From NCBI GenBank assembly GCA_964482725.1, contig CAYZYT010000005.1, forward strand, positions 24,133-88,132: a stretch of 64,000 nucleotides of DNA, given 5' to 3'. Under the pieces are notes generated by a model that had not been told where the DNA came from, searched no databases, and was given only the letters and a program-made list of their open reading frames with translations. The stretch comes from an uncultured bacterium. GTDB lineage: Bacteria > Omnitrophota > Omnitrophia > Omnitrophales > Aquincolibacteriaceae. This document shows positions 20,901 through 32,900 of this stretch, piece after piece (positions within the stretch are counted from its first letter, which is position 1; every line of letters starts with the position of its first letter). The position numbers and the translations under genes were made by a program.

Positions 20901-23900
20901 GAGCGAAATCATAATCTCATCGAACGTCTGTTTTTTCGAGTTCCTGATCTGTCCATACCTCGCGGCAATACTCCGACCCTCCGAGCGCGCGACACGGGCC
21001 TCCGCCCCTCCCGGAACGGGTTGCCGGTCATAGGCCCAGCCACGAGCCTTGATCCTATCGATGCCGATTCCCTGTTTTCCCCAGCTATCGTGGGCGTACC
21101 CCAAATCCAAAGAAGAGGCTTGATCCTTCACCGCCAGATCGTACGTCCGGAACTCGATCGCTTTCGATTTGGAGCCGTCAAGTTTCACGTAGAGGAAAAC
21201 CGGCATATCGAGGTTCAGCTGATTTCCATGCTCCAGAGCATTTTTAAGCAATTCCTGGACAACATACCGGCCATCCCCGTTTAAGGTAAGCCCGGCATCG
21301 TCAAACTCCTGCCCGATCCGGATGAGAACCGGCAACAGTTCCTTAAATCTCTTATTTTTTCCGGACAAACCCTGGGTCTTAAGCCGAAGAACGCTCCCGG
21401 CGCGAACGGCATCCGCAAAAGCACCGGCAGGGATCAGCGCCGGGTTCGCAAGGTCAAATTCTTGGAAGGCTTTAGACCCCGTTCGCTCCCGGATCGCCGC
21501 CGTCAGGTCGGCGCGGCCTCGAGATACCGTTACATTCATCCGGTTCTCGGAACGGAGCATCATCCGCGCATTTCTGACTTTGGCATCAACACCGGAGTCG
21601 AGCTGCCCCGCCTTACTCTCCGGTGAATCCCAGATCGCCCGGTTCCTCTTGATGAATTTCTTGGCCGAACCCTTGGAGATCAACCCCTCGGACTTAGCCA
21701 AGTTAATCCAGCAATCCTGCAAGTCGCCATAAGCTTTCCAATACGCCTTTTCGGCGGTGTTATAGGCAGCCACGCTCTCCGCCGGCAATTTCGCTCCGGA
21801 GAGCGACTGGGCGATCACTTCTTCGGCCTGGAGCACAAGTACGCTTTTCTTCGCCTCAAGTTCTTCGCTCTTGGCCTGTTCCCCCCGGAAACCCTCGATC
21901 ATTATCCGTTCCAGGCTACGTTGATTCTTGTCCTTCAGGCCGGAACGCTCTTCTTCCAGGATCATACTCCGGAGCTTTGGCCCTATCTCATTCACAAAGA
22001 CAGAATAATTCTCCTTCAAATCGTTCAATAACGGCGCCAGAACATAATCCAGTTGCAATTCGAGCACGAAAGCAGCCATTTTCGATTGACTGACCGTCTT
22101 TCCATCCTGAATGTCACGCGCAACCTCATCCTGGATCATCGGGATCTGCAATTCGCTCGATTGATAGGCTTTCGATGCATTGGCAAGAAGTGAGTCATAG
22201 ATCGCGTGAGAGGCCCCGCGTAAGTGAGCTATAAATGCGTCCGGGGCTTGCGCCCGAATTTGAGCGAGCAGGTCCGCAAACGGGAGTTCCCTTTCCCACA
22301 TGTTCGCACCCCTCACCCGAAGCCACGATGTCAGTTGGTCATACCACTCCGTGCGAAGCCCCGCGCCGGATTCCTGAACACCCTGAAGAACATAGCCCGG
22401 ATTTCCGCGCCACGGAATGTCTCCCAAAGATTGACGGTCCTTCCAAACCTCGAACGGGACCCTCTCAAACCGGAAACTGAAGACCGGATAACGCGCCCGC
22501 ATCGTATCGATCACTTTCAAAATCAGCGGTGTCGTCATCGGATTCTGCCGCATTTCCTCGAACGCCTCAGGGGTCTCATGGTAGTTTTGGTAAGCCTCAT
22601 AGAGCTTCTTGAGATCGGAACGCTGCAGAAGAGCTTCCACTGTCGGGACTTTCGATTCCCCGGCGGTGATTTCATGGGCATTCACATAATCGAGCAGTCC
22701 ATCCGGAGAAAGCACGAATTCCTGGATATAAATAAATTCCGGAAGACTTGCTTTCCCGCGCGCATAGCGCCGGTACGCCTGATCGATATCTTTCAACGGT
22801 GCGAGAGCATTTTTTTCCGAATCATGAAGTACATAGCCAATGTACGTCTGCGAAACCTCGATGATCTGTGTTACTTTATACAGCACTGAGCGCCACATCT
22901 TGGCGGAGACATACGCAGCCGTTCCTCCGACCCCGAGAGCCAGTGTTACCGCAGCGAGCACGCCCAACATGACACCCTTGAGACTCACCTTCCGGATCTC
23001 CGATCGAAGGACTTCGGGTTGGACGGCAGAAACGTCACCTTTAAACTGGAGCAACGGAACAGCTGCCGCGGTTTTAATGGCATCTGCAAATTCTCCGACC
23101 GGTTCATGAGAGAATCCGCCCGTATCATGGACCATCGCAAAGAAGATCCATGGAGCGATCTTCCCGAGGAGCCGGCCCAACCGCCCTTTCTGGATCGCAG
23201 ATACGGTCTCAAGAAGATGGGCTGTTTCATGAGCCAGAAGATTGCTCCGCTTGTTGATATAACCCTTCTCATCGATGCCCGAGTGGCGAAGCTCCTGCAC
23301 AACGTCTTTGTTTAGAATGAAAACATTCCCGATCAGAAGCCCCGCAGCCCCCATCCAGCCCGGCCAGAAAACAACACGTTTGATCCCGAACGGTTTCGCG
23401 AACTGCAACACCTCATCCACCAGCCTCTTTTCATCATCGGTCTTTGGTTTTGTCTGAAGGACCCTCTTAAAAACAAAAATAAGCGGAAGCGCCCACACCC
23501 CAAGCTTCGTCAATCCGATCCAGAATTCACGCTGAAACTCCCCCTGCAAAACGCTTTGAGCCGCTCCGACCGCTACACCGATAGCACTTCCCGATACATT
23601 CCAGAGGATAATGACGAGAACGCCTAAAAGGATACTCACCGCAAGTCCCGCCCACGTAACTGACCGGTTACTACTCAAAATCTCTTGAATGTGGGGCAGA
23701 TTCGAGACTTCCGATACAGACTTCCCGGTCAGTCGTGACTTGATGCGCTCCAAAAAGGTATAAACGCTCGAGCCCAGAAGGGCCGCACGCGACACAGCCC
23801 TCATCTGCCCGGCCAAGCTTTCTTGAGTGTTGGGTTCATTCGGTGACGGAACGCGCAGGAGCGATACAAACTTCACCATGTCTTCTGTACGTTTGACAGA

Positions 23901-26900
23901 ATCGAGATCACTTGTTCCCGCATCACCGGAAAAGAGTTCCAGATCGTTGACGGAGACCCGCCCATAACGACCCCGGTTAATCTGATTCGCCGCATGCACG
24001 ATCGTATAAGCCTTCTGGAAAACAAGAATACCCAAGAACCTCAGCAATGCGGCAACGCGATACTGGAACATCAGATTGCGCATGATCTGCCCATTCCGAT
24101 TGTCCGTCAGCCAATCATGGGGAAATCCGTGAAAAACAAATTGCGGTTCATCCTTTGACGCGGGGATCAAAAGGGTCTTTCGCGCGAGGGCTTTGTAGAA
24201 TTCGATCGCAACATAGCGCTGGATCCACGGCAGATAGATATCTTCACGCTTGAAAGCCCCGCGCCCTTCCACCTGAGGGAGCGGGATCCGAATGACAAGA
24301 TTCAACTGTTTGATCAGATATCGCAAAGATGGCGGGATCAGCGCCACATAGCGACTGCTTTCATCGAGCGAAGCGACGCGAAGACCCGCGTTGTCAACCA
24401 CCTGCCTCACAGTCGCAGGAACACTGAGGATCCCGAACTTGCCTTGCACCCGATCCGACGGCTCCGTGGCATACGGATCGCGCCACTCGGTCTCACTCAG
24501 CGTCTCGCTCGCAAGGGCAAGCGGCGTTCTCGCGGCTTCTCCGTTCCTGAAATAGATCTGAAATTGTTCGTCTACCGCCAGACCCGTAAAAATCAGCCAG
24601 TTCCTCCGGCTAATGCGTTGCGCAAGCTCGGGAATGGTATTGCGAACATTCTTGATACGGCGGGTCATGACCCCGTCTTTTTTCATAACTTCATTCACTG
24701 GCCGCAGATCGGTGATCTTTCGAAACTTCACGAGGCTGATGTCCGTCACTTCACCGGAATCGCTTCGCTCAATTTTGATCTCGAAATAGTAAGCCTTCCC
24801 CCCCCTTCGGGTGAGGATCTCAACACGGTCCGCATCTTGGTAAAGCGGCCCTTTTCCGCCCGAACCATACATCCCCGTGAGAGCCCGGAGCAGGTCATCC
24901 GCTTTCGTCGATTTTTCGATCACAAGCGCCAATGGATCCTCCGCCCCGCCGGAGTCATCCAGTGTCTGTTCGACGAATTCCGATTCGCCGTCTTCGCCTT
25001 TCTGGATGTAGAAATCCACTTCGAGCTCACCCCGGGAAAGCCCCATGGTCTTCATCGCATCCTTGGAATTCTGCGCGATCTCCCGCACCGCAGCCCCGCT
25101 CTCGTGACGATCGACTGCAAGTCGGTTGCTGGTCTCCAGTTTTTCATCCCGCTTGGGAAGTTTCCCGGAGGCGATCACATCTCGCGTTTCTTCCGGAGTT
25201 ATGACCTTCCGGCCCTTTTGTTCACGGACCGCATCGGCCTGCGTGATCTGGGAGATCCCGATCTTTTGGCCTTCCGGAATAAAATCTTCACCCGCAGGAA
25301 CAAAACGCTCCGCAACACGGACCGGATCCAACCGAGCGCTCAGAAACTCCAGATACGACACCGCATCCCCCAGCGCAAATTTCGGATCGTGAGGATTATC
25401 CCAATAAGCCTGAAACTGTTCCTCCGAAAGATCGGCGAGGCTGCTCAGCATTCTTGTCTTATATTGAGGATGAGACTCGAGCCTCGCGAGTTGCTCCATC
25501 AGGATCGTATTTGCTTCACGGCTGCGAGCGCTTAATCGGGAAAGATACGTCACAATTCGCATCGCTTGATCCGGAGCCAAACGCTCCCCTTGCTCCCCTC
25601 CCGAACGGATCAGGGCCTGAAGTTTGGAGAAGTTATTCTGATCCCTCTGCCATTCTTCTTTGACCGACCATCCCATGCCGAGACCATTGAAAAGATCGGG
25701 AGTAACCTCCGGCAATGAAATATCTCGGGAGTCAGACGCAAGCTCAAAAAGACCGCGGAACAGGTTGGCAAGGTAGCTACGCCCCGTCTCATATTTCTGC
25801 ATCGCGATCTGAGCTTCGTCTGAGGCAAGAAACTGCGCCAATCCATTCTTTAGCAGCTCAAGCCTTGCTGCAAAACGAACGAAAGGCATTTCCTCACTCT
25901 CGTAATCCGCAGATTCCCCGGCCCTCGTAACAAGGAATTTTTGACGGACCGCATTCTCTTCCGCTTCATAGATCCCGGTTATGAGGGGCTGCAGCACCGC
26001 CGCGACATCTGCCCGGTATCTTTGCGGGACCGTGTCCCAATACCCCTGAGTCCATGCTTTCCGGAAATCTCCGGACAGTCGATCTCGCAATGCAGGAGCG
26101 CTCTCGCGTCCCTTGATAAATGTTCCCGCCCAGACCTGATCACGTTCGTCTCTGGCAGGTTTTGCCTCCGGAGTCGCCGGCCCAGCCTCCGCAATGAGCT
26201 TTTGAAGATCCGCATAGGACAAAGGTGCCCCGAGAGGGACTTGGCTCTCCGACCCTTTTGGAAATTTAAACAATAACTGTAATCCGTTGTCGGAAAAACC
26301 AACAAACGCACCGTAAATGTCCGTTTGCTTATCCATCAATGTCTGATGAACGGCATAGGAATCTCCCCCCCCTCGTTTTCTGGAGATGATAAAAAAACTG
26401 TGCCCATCGTAGTAGCCCCGAACACCGGATGAATACTCAAAGACCCCCTGTGGCAATGCTTCCAGCCGTCCCATCAACTCCGGAGTCATCAGGGCTTCAC
26501 TCCATTCACGACCCCAAACAAAACCCCCAGGAATCTCGGAAGGCGCCGTCGCGCGAAACTGGGGCCGGCGATTCTCCTCCTTCAAGATCCGGTCTTTTTC
26601 AGAAAGTTCTCTCAGAGCGGGCTGGGCCGCCGCGGCCGCGGCCTCCTTGACCGCGACTTCACCTCCGTGGGCTTCAAAATCCCAGGTTTGATCACTTTTA
26701 GGTGTGATCTTGATCGAGACGCCCCACGCCGGTAAAACTTCGGGAGAGGATTCATATTGAAATCCTTGAAGGTACAGCACGGTGAAGTATTTTCCGTCTG
26801 TGGCGATCTTGTGCATTCCCCCTGCCGCCACCGGCATGCCTTGGCTCAACTGATCTTCTTTGAAACGCGTAAGGGTGAACTCCCCCGCATTTTCCGAAAT

Positions 26901-29900
26901 GCAGAAAACAGCTCCTTTCCATTTAACCAACACGGACCCATCCTTGGAAATCTGACTTTTCAATCCTGTCTCTGAGACGGCCTTCCACTCCGTATCCCCC
27001 TGAACCACACTTTTGAATTTTTCGCTTTCTTTCAAGAGAGCGGCGGCAAGACGAGCTTCCCTTTCCCGGCGAGCAGCAAGCTTTGCTTCACGAGAGGGCA
27101 CCACTTCCTCCTCCGGAAGAGCCGGCACCGAAGAAACCGCCGGCGCAAGATTTTCCTCTACCGCGGCTTCTTTCTTTGCCTCAACGGGTTTCCCCTGAGA
27201 AAAATCCAGAGGGACATAGCGAGTGGCTTGAAAATCCGTATCCGCGAAGATCAAATACCGGCCGTCAAAGTCAATCAACCGCATCCCCTCCGGCACACGA
27301 ATATCAATCTCCCGCACCTCCTGCCCCGTGAGCAAGTAGGCTTTCCCCATATCGGGGACGACGTAGACTTTACCGCCCGCGGATGAAAATTCCTTGAAAT
27401 AGCCCGAACGCGTCTCCACGCTATCTTCGCCCTTGATTTTTATGGCATCCACGGAGGCAAAACTACCATCCGCATCGATATGGAGTTTCTTAGCAGCCCT
27501 ATCAAGGAAAAGCATGCTTGTATGGTGCATGTTGTATCTAAAAATACTGTTGGTCTGCGGATCCAAAACAACTTGGTCGAATTTATTTTCAGCGTTGGGG
27601 ACGTGCACAAGAAAATAGTCGCTTTCGGCAATATATTTGGCTGGAAGCTCGGTGTCCGGAGAAACCCCGAGCTGATCCGCGAGGTTTTTTGACAATTGAA
27701 TTCTCTGCGTTTCAAAGTTCCAGTCGACGTCACCTTCATAATGCGCAAACGCGCCAGCGTGCGATTCGAAAGTACCCCCGACCAGATGATGCTCCTGAGA
27801 CAAGTTTTTAGACACAAGCACTTTATGAAAAGCTCGTCCTTTACCCGCGGCCATATTGAGCACGGTCATCCGGCCGCCTCTGATATCTCGCTGCGCTTCC
27901 TCCGGGCCGACGCGTCTGTAGCTCTCTTCCCTATCGCCTCGGTAAAAAACAGATATCACTTTCCCGTTGGCATCTTTGGCCGCGATCAATGACGTGGGAA
28001 GGTTTTCTTCGACAAGAGGAACATCATGTATCTCGCTATTGTCCGGCATGATGAGGACGCCCCTTCTCGCCTTCGAAGGAATCAACCGGTTGTACCATTT
28101 CGGATTTCTAGGCTTCAAATGGATCACGTTCCCGATTTCTCTTATCTCCACCCCTTCGCCTTCATCGCGCCATAATTCGAGTCTCGTTTCATTTTCCTGC
28201 GTTTCATTTTCCTGCGTTTCTATATTAGTAATGGCAGCACCCACCTTATTCTTCCAACCTGTCTGCGGCACAGCCACCACATAGCGATTGAGGCGAGATT
28301 TAAGAAATCGAAAGGTCACGGGATCACCGCTTTCCCAAACGGTTTTTCCGGTTCGTGAATCGAAAACCTTGTAAATATCACCGGCTTTCCCAGCCCCTTT
28401 GACTTTGTTTGATATAAACCGGTTATCCGGGGAAAACTCGACGTCACCCTCAAAATCTTCAAGGACCGTTTCGGCCTTGATCTGATCCCCTTCCCGCGTC
28501 AGGGCAAAGACCTTGACAAAATAACGGCCAAACACATCCGCCTGAAATGTCATAGCATGAAATTCTTTTCCGTTTACTTTGTCCTTTCTCAAGAATCGGG
28601 AGCCTGTGATTCTCATGCTGGATGAAACTGGCGTACTGAATTTGTTCAAGCCCAGCGTTGAAAAAGGCATCCTCTTCCCAGTACTAAGATCCATGAGCTC
28701 CAAGGGCGCATTGCCGGAGGACAGGGAGATAAATTCCTGCAGAGCGTCCTGCGGTATGACCCCCATCGCGGAAGGTTGGGCTTGGGTTGCCCCAGCCTGA
28801 ACCGGAACACCCTCCGATTTCTTGGCCGGAGCCTGAGAAACAGGCGCGGCAGGTTTCGAGAAGTCTGAAGGCATCGTCACCAGGAACTTCGCCGCTTGAA
28901 CAGAATCAAGAAGTTGCTGTTCGGCCACCGCCATAGGCTCGAGTTGTTCTTTTTGAGAAACGTGTTGGATCTCGAGATGCGGTTTAGGTTTTGTGATCTC
29001 GTAGTCCGTCACAACTTGTTTGGAGGTAAGGATATTGACCGCTTCAAGAAGGCTCGTGAATTCATATTCTTCCTCGGGAGCTCTCCAGCTCATTAAAGCC
29101 AACTCCAAGAGCCGACGGGTCGCAGGCACATCCGGCAAAGCAATCATCTCCTCGGTTTCAAAAAAGGGAAGATCTTCTGCCGCGAGGATCGCTTTCCTCG
29201 TCATCCGGTAGTCGCGGATCGCCTTAAGCGATTCATCCGTGAACGGCACGATCACGAGCGCTTTCCCGCCGAAGCTCAACCGGACCTTCTTGCCGTCCAA
29301 TACGACACGTGAGGGCAACGGCTCGCCTCCGATCTGTTGGAGGCTCACCACACCGCCCCAGTCGAATAGCGCGGGATCCAGATAAAGAACCGGACGCTCA
29401 CGTCCCTCCTTGTCTCGAGGAACCTGCACTTTCGCGAACGCGCGGTCATGCGGCAAGAAGACATATCCTTTCGAAATCAACTCCTCCCGCAGAGCCGACA
29501 TCGCGTTCTTGGCATAAAGGCGAAGGTCATTAACCGTGGTCGCATAGCCGGGGTTCCCCTGCACAAGCGCTTCCAACCCCACAATGATCGTATTCACGTA
29601 CCGGATCTTCTCTTCCGGTGTCAGCGGATGCTTCGGATCCGTGATGGAGCTGATCAGATACTCAATCGCAGATTTAAACTTCGATTTCCCCTGGAGGTTC
29701 GTCGGTAGCCGCGGCTTATCCCAGGAATCAGGAATGGGGACTGAGGTGCTCAGCTCGATCATGACGCCGGTGTCCGCGGTCGCAGTAGGCTCGAGATCCT
29801 CGGGGACCCGGACCGTGGCCACCGCTCTGCCATTTCTGAGAAACGAGATTTCACCCCGAGGGCGCTTTTCGTCTCCCACCAGTTTAATGGGTACGGTTTT

Positions 29901-32900
29901 AGAGCTTTTTTGAGATTGCCTCGGAACAAACATGAACGCTATGTTGCGTCCGTTCATTCCTTCCCCGTTATCCAAAACCGAGATCGAATGACCGTTGGAA
30001 CGGATCAAAACATCTTTGCCCCGCGCCGCTTCGCGGGAATATCCGCTCGGCCCCGCGGGAACGATCTCGCGTTTGCTTTTAAACCCGTTCACTTCATCGG
30101 GTTTGTTATTGCCATACTGGGTCTGGATCGTCATTCCGGGGACATAGCAAAAGACCCGGTGGATCTCGTTCATCAGCTTTGCCTGAGCCTCTTCCGATAT
30201 CTTCTCGCCGGTCGTGACTCGGACGAGCGTCCCCTTTTTGAGATCGACTCCCGTCTCTCGCGTCGCCATATCCGCACGGATCTTCCGGACCTGGATATAA
30301 CTCTGTCCCTTCGTATCTTGCAAAATAGTCAGTTTGTAAACATTTCCACTTTCTTGGGCCGTGTAAACATCCACGCGATCGCGCCCCGTCCCTTTGAGCC
30401 ATGCGAGGATCTGCTTCACCCCTTTGCCGAATTGGCCCAGGCCGGCGCCCAATGCGTCCAGACTGTTAGCCACCGCTTCGATCAGACCCTGGGTCGGAGC
30501 ATTAGGATTTTGACCATCGATCGCTTTATCCTGGAACCGGGGATCCTCGTAGGTTCCGTTCAGGATCGTATCCAGATCGGCTGCCGTTTGCCCCCGATCA
30601 AGGAGCGCCTCAAGGATCCTGTCATAATCTTCTTTATCGCGGTCCTCCGGCTTCTCAGCGCGGCTGGCGGTAATACCAAAGTGAGCCAGGAGATCCTGCT
30701 TTTCGCTTGGCGTGAAATTCTTCTCGGAGAGACGCGTCATCGCTGCAACATAGTGATCCATATCCGGGCCGTTAAATCCTTCCCGGTCGTTGCGATAGTC
30801 CGTGGCCGCTTGCCTTGTCTTCACTTCCTTAGACGCCGGCCGTCCCTTTTCACTTCGAGCAAGAGTCCGATCCGAAACCCAATTCCAAAACTGACCCCAG
30901 TCGGGCATCGTAATGGATCTCACCTCGGCACGAACGAGGGGGGCTTCCCCCAATCCCTGGCCTCGGACATCGGAACGTTGCATCAGCTCCGGAGGATGGA
31001 TCCTATCGCGATTGCGAAGCGCCGATTCGACCGCCTCACGCGGCACCACCGTGCTGTCCAAGGATATCTGTTCACCCGTCGCAACATGCGCACAGACCAG
31101 CTTAACGGCCTTCATAAGATCTTCGACAGCGGACTCGAGGATCGGCCAGGTCACATCCGTAGACGAAGCGTTGCCCTTTGCGATCGCGGAATGAAGTTTT
31201 TCGATCTTGATTTCAAGGTCAGAAAGTTTGCTCTCAAGGAGATACGCGTCGAAAGCCTCTCCGACCGCTTCCTGAACCAACTCGGCCGGAACGCGCCGCG
31301 ACAGGTCCTCCTCATAGCCCTTTTCGTAAGATTTCATTTTGGAAGTTGCAATGATCTGCGTCCCGCCATAGGGCGCGATAAAAAACGGTCCTTTTTTATC
31401 CCCCATGAATGCTTCCAGGAAATTCCACATGGCGACCACATCGGTACGCATGATTTCCAGTTTCTGCAATTCAGTGACTGAATTCTGCTTCGGGGCGGAG
31501 GTTGGGTGCCACCAAGAGGCATCGACCTCACCAAGGAGTGACATCAATCGGGAATTCAACTCGTGTCGCAATCCCCGTGAAACCATGTGCCGGACCTCGT
31601 CAAGCGTGAGCGATCTCCCATTAACTTTACCGTTTACAATCTCCATGTGGGATATCGTCTCATCCGATGTTACCGGGGATATGATCCGGCCCTCAGAACG
31701 GCTTTGAACACCTAAGTCCTTCGCGAGCTTGCCGTGAGCCTCTACCAGAAATTTTTTCGTTAGCATCCATTCTTTAGGCCATGTTTTTGTGGAATCAAAA
31801 CCCGGAAATTTCGCGAACGGAATATGGACATACACCTCCGTCCCCTTATCCAGATACGCGACAAGAAGTCCTTGGGCTCCATTGTTGCGTCTGCCCGTCA
31901 CATAATTCACGACGTTCTCAAAATCGAACACCGCTCCCGCCTTGGTGACCCGGAGCCCTCCCTGGACCGCGGGCACTTGCGACAGGACAACATCGTATGA
32001 ATTCTTGCGCGACGGATCCCCGTTGTTCTGATTAATTTTCCCGTTGATCTCAAAGTTCTTCTTCATAATTGTGTCGTTGCCCATCACCAGCCGCAATTCG
32101 GAGCGAGGGGCAATCCCGGAGCGGGTTTCGGCGCGTCCCTCCGGAATAACTGCGGATGAAACAATCTTGTCACCCCGTTTGAGCGCTGCCTTCAAATACA
32201 AAGGGGTATAGGTTACTTCCGAGAGAACAATTCCTGGATCTTTAACTGTAAAGTCGTTATACGAAGCAGTCTCTGTTCCGAGCATATTTTGAACCGCAAA
32301 ATCCATCGTCGCAGCATCGGCAAAGATCAAATCCCTGCGTCCTGCCGAATCTGGCCGTTTACTGACCCAAGCATTCGGCGCCATCGGTTTTCCATCCTTA
32401 TCGAATGGAGGCTTAAAACCATATTCCGTCACCAGCTTATCAATCACCGCGGGGATCACCATATTCGGATCGGTTCGATTTGCGTTGGGATAGAGCGCGA
32501 AAAATGCATCCAAAAGCTGCCTCATTAACCCGCGAGGCAAAGAGGAATTGATTATGCATCCACGAATCGCCAGATTTCCTTCCGTCGGGATCCCATACAC
32601 CATCAGATCCGGCATCCTGCTTTCGGGCACGCGAACAAGACTCAACCCCTGACTTCCCTTCGGCAAAGTTTTTGAAACATAAAAAGGATGCTTTGTCCCG
32701 TCAGGCAGCCCAAAAACAACCACTTCCAGATTCCCCTCACGGCCGCCTTTAACCGTTCCATAGGGGTTTTTAATATCTAACGCCTCTACCGCAGACGCTG
32801 CTTGTTCCTCAGCTTTCGAACTGGCGCGTTCCTCGGAAACGACGGCCACCGCTGGTTTTTCCATCACCTCAACCGGCACAACTTCCTTCGGTTCCGGCAG

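Noticed and set aside
31400-31600. HisKA H-box in RHELNSRLMSLLG
   Set aside because: Resemblance only; no adjacent histidine-kinase ATPase in that module, so not called
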